Of a stretch of 64,000 nt of DNA, positions 51,481 to 64,000 are shown one piece after another. Origin of the DNA: the human T2T-CHM13v2.0 reference genome, Homo sapiens; assembly GCF_009914755.1 (NCBI RefSeq), contig NC_060930.1. One strand, written 5' to 3'. The position numbers and the translations under genes were made by a program. Under the pieces are notes generated by a model. The model saw only the letters and a program-made list of their open reading frames with translations. It was not told the origin of the DNA and ran no database searches. The stretch's first letter is position 1; every line of letters begins with the position of its first letter.

Positions 51481-51570
51481 ATTGGTGGTTCTTTCCGGCA
51501 ACTTCCTGTAGCTTGTCGGAGTGCAGGCCTGCACTCGGCCAATTACCACAGGTGAAACAGACCAATGCTC
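51481..51570. promoter_or_regulatory. Candidate regulatory element: inverted MRE pair with ETS, CCAAT and RUNX motifs
   Basis: Perfect palindrome GAGTGCAGGCCTGCACTC 51519-51536; TGCACTCGGCC; TTCCGG, ACTTCCTG, ATTGG/CCAAT x3, ACCACA; motif evidence only. Confidence 0.4.
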
Positions 51571-52309
51571 CTAAAGAAAATTTGATAAGCTTGGTTTCTC
51601 GTTTCTATTACCTTTTGGTTAGAATTTCACAGGGCTTAAATCAAGCAGCATCTCTTAGGCATTTCAGAGCTGTTCCTTTTTTATGAGCACGGGAAAGGGC
51701 AGGGAAATGACAACTCTAATCAAATTCAGACTTCATGCAATTGACGATCGGTGGGTTTTCACATTTGGGTCTGGACTGTTTGTTCAGCTTCAGTGTCAGG
51801 CCCGTGGATAACAGTGGCCAATAAAGCGTAAAAGCATATGTCCTGTAACATTGCTTCTACTTGTTATCCAGAGAACCCTGGAGAATCACGGAGAATAATG
51901 TAATTAGTAGGAATGTGCCATTGTACAGGAAGGATGAGAGGAAAGAAGACAAGTTTATTTCTGCATATAAGTAACTTAAGTACAGCTTAATCCAGCTGCC
52001 CAGTGGACCATCGAAAACCCTTTCACTCCAAAATCAGGAGCAGTGGAGTCAAGAATTAAAGCTAATTGAGGGGCAGAAAAATGGAAAAGGTTTTTGTGGC
52101 TTAACCAGTATATCTGGGTAAACACTGCATCCCTGCCAAAACATTTTCATCTGTGGCCTCTTGGAAGTGTTTCATTAGCATCAGTGTGTACTGGGCAAAA
52201 CAAAAAAATGCATTTGGTTTTACAGTCAGAGAGTACATTTTTGGGGGAGAGGAAGAACTTAAAATAATATAGAAGAAAGTTGAAAGGTGCTATCATTACT
52301 AATATCAAT

Positions 52310-52535
52310 GGAGTAATAATAATACCAGCTACTACTATGTGCTGAGGTTGTACATTAATGTGCCCACATTTTGCACACATATTCCATCTAATCTTCACAG
52401 GAGCCAGATAAAGCATGTTCTTTTGCTGTGCCATTTTATAGATAAGGAAACTGAAGCTGAATAAAGATAAATAACGTGTTCAGGCCACAGCACTGGTATG
52501 GGCAGAGGCAGGAATGGACTCCAAAGCTACACAAT
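52310..52535 (-). mobile_element. MIR SINE
   Basis: ccattttatagataaggaaactgaagct ... caggccacagcactggtatgggcagaggcaggaat. Confidence 0.8.
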
Positions 52536-52537
52536 GA

Positions 52538-52877
<340 letters not shown>

Positions 52878-54262
52878 TTATAGGGAGTTTTTAGAAATTA
52901 ATCTCTTGCAATGAAAAATTTTTCTTGAGGTAGGAGCATTTCCACAATCCTACCAGCAAAAATACTGGCATGAGAAAAGTGAGGATGAGTCCAATTCATA
53001 AAGTTTTTGCTTTCAAGCTACCATAGGAGAACAAATTGCCCTCAACCCTCTCCCTAAATCACTGTGACTACGATATTTATCCCAAGATCCCCCCTCTGAC
53101 ATTCTCATCTTCTCTCCACTTCTATCTCTCAGGAAAATTACTATGATAAACTTTATATCTTTCATGTTCACCACTAAATGCAAAGAAACATGTTTGGTAG
53201 TGATTGTATTTTCCTCCACAAGAGCAACCTCTTTGTAGATTTCTCTCAACTTCCTGATACTCCCTCCTTCTCTTTTCCCTTTATTATTTTCTCTGCCACA
53301 CTGTTTCTTGCTGTTTCGTTTATTTTTCTTTTGTGAAACCATGACCCCAAGAGACTGGATATGCAATGCATTTATTAAGTTGATCTTTAGTCTATCCACT
53401 CTCCTGGGACCATCCACAGTTGTTTGCTTGATTTTTAAAATTACACTCTTGGTATAAATTTTTACCAGGGTTAAGGTGTCTGGGAACTGTAAATGTATGA
53501 GGTCACCCTGTTTTTAGGTATACTATTTTTGTTGTTGTATTTATTGTTTTTCTTTTTGTGATTATTATTATGCAAATTTCAAAAGAGAAGGGGAAATGAG
53601 AAGGAATTCTATGAAGAAAAGAGACAGGGTAGTTTCTAGAGGGTTGGAAAGATAATCTCTGGGGCAGCACCTTAAAATTCTGATTTTACCCATTTCTCCC
53701 TGCTCCATGCATAACCCATCTGTCTGACATTCCACACACTCAGAGTACTGAGGGTGGTACAAGGTGTCAACAAGCTGATTTCATAAACAAACTCCTCTAT
53801 AGTGAGATGTGAATGGATGTTACCAATAGACCATAGGTCAGAGAAATACCCCTCAGTTCTCTCTATCCTGCTTTGCTTTATTAATATGAATAGTATTAAT
53901 AGTGTTCATAATGACTGAGAATAGAGATTTCTCCAGGTGTAGGTCTATGGAAGCAATAGTCACTTGTTCACAGGTGCAGTCTTCTCTGTAAGCATCTGTC
54001 AGATCACTTCCATCTAATGGTTCACAATCTGATGGTTGACTTGTCCTGTTCTAAAGTAATGAATTCTAACAAAAGACCAAACCTTTCTTTGACACTGAAT
54101 TCTTTTTACCAATACTTCAGGGATAGTTTGTGGTTTGTGACCATAGAATGAACTCACAACCCCTATTTCCAGTCTGGAGATCCCTTCAGTATCATTGGGG
54201 GTATTGAGCCAAGGCCAAGAACACACTTCAGTCTAAAATTCTAAAGAAGAAAAATCCTTGTT

Positions 54263-54790
54263 CTGCAATAGTTGCTAGTCTCTAAAGTTGGCTCTGCCAT
54301 GAGCCATGCCTCCTTGATTAATATCTTGGTTGAAACCCCTACCTCTTGAATCTGGGATGAGCCCTGTGACTCACTTTTGACTGGTACAAAGTGGCAGAAG
54401 TGATGCTGCATGACTTTAGAGACTAAATCATAAAAAGATTCTCAGCTCTCACATGGGTCTCTTAGAATTCTCATCCTAGGGGAAGCCAGCTACTATATAG
54501 ATCTGACTACTCTGAGATCACCTGCTTAGGACAAGCACAAGCTAGCCAGATAGAGGGACTATATGGTGAGAGAAACATACCCGGCCAGTCCTAGCTGTTC
54601 CAGTGCTCTTAGAGGAACTGCCATCTTGGATGTGCAGAGCCTTCAGATGACTCAGTCCTAGCCCTCATCTGACCTGCATGAGACCCTGAGCCCAAAGCTC
54701 ATTCCAAAGTACCATGAGAGATAAAAATAAATCATTGTTCTACACTAAGTTTTGCAGTAGTTTGTTACCTAGCAGTGGTTAACTAATACA
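54263..54790 (+). mobile_element. MLT1G/H-like MaLR solo LTR
   Basis: cttgaatctggg..gccctgtgactcactttt..gtggcagaagtgatgctgcatgact ... gagccttcagatgact ... tttgttacctagcagtggttaactaataca. Confidence 0.82.
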
Positions 54791-55003
54791 CCTGCCTTTC
54801 ATCAGAGCTGGTTCCCAGACCCAACCTGGGCTCAGAATGATTGTTCCCTATAGTCTCCTTTCAGTTCCATAAGGATTCATAGCACATTAAGTTCTACACT
54901 GGACTCTGGCAAAAAGAGCTCTGTGGAACTCCCCTATGGCAAGGAAAATAAAGGTCCAAAGGGAGCCATTACAGGATACTGAAGTTAGCCTCACTGATCC
55001 TCA

Positions 55004-55044
<41 letters not shown>
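55004..55044. repeat. (CT)n(CA)n microsatellite
   Basis: Directly visible. Confidence 0.95.
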
Positions 55045-55401
55045 CTTTTTTTTTCTTTAGCGAATGTCCAAACCAGCAGCCTGGAAAAATGGTGTATATT
55101 AAAACATCAAAAAGTAAATCAAATATTTTGAGAAAAACAAGGCAATAGAGTCATGATATCCCAGGATTGTTCTTCTCAATCCAGGATTTACAACTCCTGC
55201 TCACATCTACAGCTTAGAATATATGATTGCTTGTTGACAGCATCATCATCAGGAATGGAATAAGAGCTGTGCCTGCTAAGAGTTCATGTAAGACACCTGC
55301 TGATAGAAAGCTATTCACCATGTGGTACTTTCTGCCCTTTCAGAGGATCAAACCATAAACCCTCCAGCTGACTATCTTTAAATATCTTTTATACAAGTTG
55401 A

Positions 55402-55687
55402 GGCCAGGTGCGGTGGCTCATGCCTGTAATCCCAGCACTTTGGGAGGTCGAGGTGGGCGGATCATAAGGTCAAGAGATCGAGACCACACTGGCCAACCTG
55501 GTGAAACCCTGTCTCTACTAAAAATACAAAAATTAGCTGGGCATGGTGGTGCATGCCTGCAGTCCCAGCTACTCAGGATGCTGAAGCAGGAGAATCGCTT
55601 GAACCCGGGAGGCGGAGGTTGCATTGTGTCAATATTGCCTCCCTGGGTGACAGAGCAAGACTCTGTCTCAAAAAAAAAAAAAAAAAA
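55402..55687 (+). mobile_element. Alu SINE, AluSc-like
   Basis: ggccaggtgcggtggctca ... aggtcaagagatcgagacca; altered and shortened segment near 55620-55645; A17 tail. Confidence 0.95.
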
Positions 55688-55818
55688 GGCAGAGTTGTCC
55701 ATTAATAAATGACACAAATATTGGGGCTTGGGGGGTTTTCTTAAACTATTTGCAAACAGTAACTGAATGTAAATAAATGCGCATGGCACACATCAAATGC
55801 TCAATAAAATGTTCATTC

Positions 55819-56059
55819 TTTTTTTTTTTTTTTGAGATGGAGTCTCGCTCTGTAGCCCAGGCTGGAGTGCAGTGGCGCAATTTCAGCTCATTGCAAGCTC
55901 CGCCTCCCGGGTTCACCCCCAGCTAATTTTTTTGTATTTTTAGTAGAGACGGGGTTTCACCGTGTTAGCCAGGATGGTCTCAATCTCCTGACCTCGTGAT
56001 CTGCCTGCCTCAGCCTCCCAAAGTGCTGGGATTACGGGTGTGAGCCACCACACCTGGCC
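55819..56059 (-). mobile_element. Alu SINE, AluY-like, with an internal deletion of about 56 nt
   Basis: Y-type gcaagctccgcc, ccgtgttagccaggatgg; TSD taaaatg(tt/cc)cattcttt at 55805-55821 and 56060-56076. Confidence 0.93.
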
Positions 56060-57454
56060 TAAAATGCCCATTCTTTAACTTCCCTATGAAGAGGTCATAT
56101 TCATGTGTACAGTGCTCTGCATAAGCACAAAACACCCTGAGGACTGAGTGATGGCAGATAAAGGGTACTAGCAGGTTTGGGAGAGTTTACCCTCTGTAAA
56201 GCAAAAAATAATATGACCAACACTTTGCAGTTTCAGAGGTTAATAAAATCTACTTGCAAATGCTCTTGTCTTACTTGCACATAGAGTGCATTCTAATATA
56301 ACTGACACTCATATGTTATTACACATCTATGTGATTGTACTATTCTTATTTAGCTGAAAATAAATCAGGGCACACTCCAGGGTATAACATCTGCAGCAGA
56401 AGCCCATATGTGCTGTTTATTTTTATGAATCAAGCACTGTGTTTATAGTTACTTGCTCTTAATTTGAGCCCTGAACTAGAATTCTTTCTTTTGAAGATAT
56501 CTAGTTAATTATAAGAGCACATAAACTAGAAAATAAAACGTATCCCAGAAATATTATGATGCACATTTGTAATCTGTGTCAAAAACAACTCATGTATTTC
56601 TTTTCATCTATAGGAAGAAAAAGCAGAGTCATCTATATTAGAAAAAGGGTAAATATTGGATTGGAATTTGGGAATCTACTATATTTAAACTGCTAGCAAA
56701 CTATGACTACAACTGGATTCCCCAAAATATGTCCATTTATTTAACATAGATTCATCTCAGTTGAGTAGAGACTAAAATTACCAGTGACAAACTAATGATT
56801 TGATGATTTTTTAAAAGATATATATTTTGATGATGGAACAAAAATGTCATTCAGCAATGAATCTTAACTTTTGTTTTGGCTTGTTTCCTGCTGGTTAATG
56901 ATTTCTAGTGGCTCACACTGTATTGATTCTAATTTTTTCTGATTTAGCACCATTCTCTAAGCCACTCTACCCCTTTGGTAGAATTCCTTTTAATTAACAA
57001 CATATCAGCAAGACCCTAAGTCCCCATCATGCTGATTTTCTCCAAGGAGGAAAATTCGGTCCCTCAGTCATGGATTCCACTCACCTCCAGTCAGGTTCTA
57101 AATGTGCTTTCAAATAGCTGTTCCACAGTCCCCATAGGTGTCTGTACTTGCCAGGCACATATCCTGATTTATTTTTAGTCTGAAAATTTAGTCTGGATTA
57201 TAAGGAGAACTGAGAAACACTATGTATCTAAACTTTTCACCACCACTAAAACGTTAAATTCTAAACTCAAAACCAAAGTGAGAGGAATTAACTTTTAAAA
57301 TATTGGCTTTGTTTTTTCTTTAATTTTATAGGTACTCAAATATTTTTATAATGTAAAAATTTCTTATGAACAATTAATACCATGTTTACCTCTTGCTACA
57401 GAGCCTTGATATTCCCAAATAATTTCTCAGGATTATGTGATATAAAGATTTTCG

Positions 57455-58360
57455 GTAGGAGGAGCCAAGATGGCCGAATAGGAACAGCTCCGGTCTACAG
57501 CTCCCAGCGTGAGCGACGCAGAAGACGCGTGATTTCTGCATTTCCATCTGAGGTACCGGGTTCATCTCACTAGGGAGTGCCAGACAGTGGGCGAAGGTCA
57601 GTGGGTGCGTGCACCGTGCGCGAGCCGAAGCAGGGCGAGGCATTGCCTCACTTGGGAAGCGCAAGGGGTCAGGGGGCTCCCTTTCCGAGTCAAAGAAAGG
57701 GGTGACGGATGCACCTGGAAAATTGGGTCACTCCCACCCGAATACTGCGCTTTTCCGACCGGCTTAAAAAATGGCGCACCACGAGATTATATCCGGCACC
57801 TGGGTCGGAGGGTCCTACGCCCACGGAATCTCACTGATTGCTAGCACAGCAGTCTGAGATCAAACTGCAAGGCGGCAGCGAGGCTGGGGGAGGGGCGCCC
57901 GCCATTGCCCAGGCTTGCTTAGATAAACAAAGCAGCCTGGAAGCTCGAACTGGGTGGAGCCCACCACAGCTCAAGGAGGCCTGCCTGCCTCTGTAGGCTC
58001 CACCTCTGGGGGCAGGGCACAGACAAACAAAAAGACAGCAGTAACCTGTGCAGAATTAAATGTCCCTGTCTGACAGCTTTGAAGAGAGCAGTGGTTCTCC
58101 CAGCACGCAGCTGGAGATCTGAGAACAGGCAGACTGCCTCCTCAAGTGGGTCCCTAACCCCTGACCCCCGAGCAGCCTAACTGGGAGGCACCCCCCAGCA
58201 GGGGCACACTGACACCTCACACGGCAGGGTATTCCAACAGACCTGCAGCTGAGGGTCCTGTCTGTTAGAAGGAAAACTAACAAACAGAAAGGACATCCAC
58301 ACCAAAAACCCATCTGTACATCACCACCATCAAAGACCAAAAGTAGATAAAACCACAAAG
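57455..58360 (+). promoter_or_regulatory. L1 5'UTR: internal sense promoter and antisense promoter, CpG-rich
   Basis: YY1 site AAGATGGCCG intact at 57467-57476; by far the most CpG-dense part of the window. Confidence 0.85.
57831..57905 (-). pseudogene. ORF0: L1 antisense ORF0, truncated to 24 aa
   Basis: Manual translation MAGAPPPASLPPCSLISDCCASNQ* with TGA where Arg (CGA) is expected. Confidence 0.8.
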
Positions 58361-59376
58361 ATGGGGAAAAAACAGAACAGAAAAACTGGAAACTCTAAAA
58401 AGCAGAGCGCCTCTCCTCCTCCAAAGGAACGCAGTTCCTCACCAGCAACGGAGCAAAGCTGGATGGAGAATGACTTTGACGAGCTGAGAGAAGAAGGCTT
58501 CAGACGATCAAATTACTCTGAGCTACGGGAGGACATTCAGACCAAAGGCAAAGGAGTTGAAAACTTTGAAAAAAATTTAGAAGAATGTATAACTAGAATA
58601 ATCAATACAGAGAAGTGCTTAAAGGAGTTGATGGAGCTGAAAACCAAGGCTCGAGAACTACGTGAAGAATGCAGAAGCCGCAGGAGCCGATGAGATCAAC
58701 TGGAAGAAAGGGTATCAGCAATGGAAGATGAAATGAATGAAATGAAGCGAGAAGGGAAGTTTAGAGAAAAAAGAATAAAAAGAAATGAGCAAAGCCTCCA
58801 AGAAATATGGGACTATGTGAAAAGACCAAATCTACGTCTGATTGGTGTACCTGAAAGTGATGGGGAGAATGGAACCAAGTTGGAAAACACTCTGCAGGAT
58901 ATTATCCAGGAGAACTTCCCCAATCTAGCAAGGCAGGCCAATGTTCAGATTCAGGAAATACAGAGAATGCCACAAAGATACTCCTCGAGAAGAGCAACTC
59001 CAAGACACATAATTGTCAGATTCACCAAAGTTGAATGAAGGAAAAAATGTTAAGGGCAGCCAGAGAGAAAGGTCGGGTTACCCTCAAAGGGAAGCCCATC
59101 AGACTAACAGCGGATCTCTCGGCAGAAACTCTACAAGCCAGAAGAGAGTGGGGGCCAATATTCAACATTCTTAAAGAAAAGAATTTTCAACCCAGAATTT
59201 CATATCCAGCCAAACTAAGCTTCATAAGTGAAGGAGCAATAAAATACTTTACAGACAAGCAAATGCTGAGAGATTTTGTCACCACCAGGCCTGCCCTAAA
59301 AGAGCTCCTGAAGGAAGCACTAAACATGGAAAGGAACAACCAGTACCAGCCGCTGCAAAATCATGCCAAAATGTAA
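58361..59376 (+). pseudogene. ORF1: L1 ORF1p (RNA-binding chaperone), disrupted
   Basis: MGKKQNRKTGNSKKQSASPPPKERSSS ... YPAKLS ... NHAKM split across three ORFs by a stop at 58691-58693 and a frameshift near 59035. Confidence 0.97.
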
Positions 59377-59439
59377 AGACCATCGAGAATAGGAAGAAAC
59401 TGCATCAACTAACGAGCAAAATCACCAGCTAACATCATA

Positions 59440-62743
<3,304 letters not shown>

Positions 62744-63659
62744 TCTCCACTGACAGTCCAGCATTAGATTCAGACAATGCACTTGGGTCAGGTATTTCTT
62801 ACTGAACAGTCTTGATAAAAAACAATAGTAGTTTTTTTTTAATTTTAGTGTATTTTCTACTTATTATGCAACATAAAGTGATTTCTTTACAGAACTTTTT
62901 TTGAGGATCAAATGAGATCAAGTATATAAAAAGACTAAACTGCAAAACAGTCTATAGACAAATTTTTTTATATCGGCTTTTTCACATCACTGAAAATCTC
63001 AGGGTATGAGATTGCAACAGAGGAAAAAAGTAAAATTTAAGAAAAAGAAAATCTACATGAAAGCAGATTACAGGGCAAGAAGGCTGCTGGCCAACATGTG
63101 GTCAGAAAGAGCTTCTTCGAGTGTTTGGGCTGGCGCAGTCTGGGTGTCTGCTAAGCATCCCCAGCTACAATGTGGAAACACAGCTTTGACTCTGTGGCCT
63201 CCCATCCCACCTGGCTTTCAACAGCCTCTGATCTGCTGCTTCACATAGAAGGAACAGGCTTCACAACAAGTCAGGAAGTCAACTAACATGATAAAGAGCA
63301 CAGAAGGGATTTTTCAGCTTAGAAAAGTTTCTGTCATGAGACCAAGAAATGATAAAATGCAGTATCAAAAGAAACAGGAACTATGGGCTATCATAGTTCA
63401 GAAAGTAAGATTGATGATGCAAGGTCATATTTAAACTCTATTCAATTCCTTGAGGGTGTTTATTCTTATCTTTTATGATTGTTTTCCCTAAAATGTTTTT
63501 GGTATATATGCTTAATATTACAGAAAATGCCATTATGCACATGTTCTACTGCAGTATTCATAGGTGGTAAACTATCAGAACTAAATTCAAGATGTGAGAT
63601 TCTGCTATATCTCAGGTGACTACACGCACTGGAGGCTCAGCATCATGTAACTGGTCTCA

Positions 63660-64000
63660 CCTACACCTACTAAATCCATTTCCTCAAAATCTCAGTCCCA
63701 CTCTGGATTATTAGCCTTGCTGTCTCACATTGTACTGAAACAGCTTTGTTTGCAGTCACCTGGGACTTTCTAATGCCCCAAAGGTGCTATCCATTCAGTT
63801 ATCCTTCTCAACAGCACTGCTGACTAGGCTTTCTCTACTGAGATTCTTGGTGAGCCTCTATGACATTATGCCCTCTTTATTTTCTTTCTATTATTCCCCA
63901 TGCTAATTCCTGTCCTCTTCCTGCCCTCTTAAATGCCAATTTCCACCTAATTCCATTCCCCCATCTTCATATCTTTCTTCACATCTTCTTCCTCAGAAGC
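63660..64000 (+). mobile_element. L2 LINE fragment
   Basis: actgaaacagctttg..gtcacc ... ctcaacagca ... ctctatgacattatgccctct ... tcttcctgccctcttaaatg. Confidence 0.55.

Overview
AT-rich primate (very probably human) genomic DNA, intergenic or deep-intronic. I found no recognisable host protein-coding gene, tRNA, rRNA or CRISPR array. Much of the window is layered transposon debris: 9 Alus (J, S and Y lineages), L1 copies of many ages, L2, L3/CR1, MIR, MaLR/ERVL solo LTRs, MER3/MER53 and microsatellites. The only true protein-coding homology is a young L1PA2-like LINE-1 at 57455-62720 with disabled ORF0, ORF1 and ORF2. It is the most unusual object here: its 5' end is complete, it lacks the 3' end and any poly(A) tail, yet an 11-bp target-site duplication frames it. 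That is the signature expected from internal priming. Other items worth a second look are a complex templated-insertion/foldback scar at 48.97-49.33 kb (58-bp inverted repeat plus a copy of sequence from 2.2 kb upstream), a palindromic double metal-response element in an ETS/CCAAT cluster (51.5 kb), an ER2 nuclear-receptor palindrome between candidate exons (5.4-5.7 kb), a promoter-like island (21.3-21.8 kb) and a closely spaced inverted Alu pair (55.4-56.1 kb). Repeat subfamily calls come from remembered consensus motifs by eye. Boundaries of old repeats are approximate (about 50 bp). I see no evidence for a new protein-based biological system.
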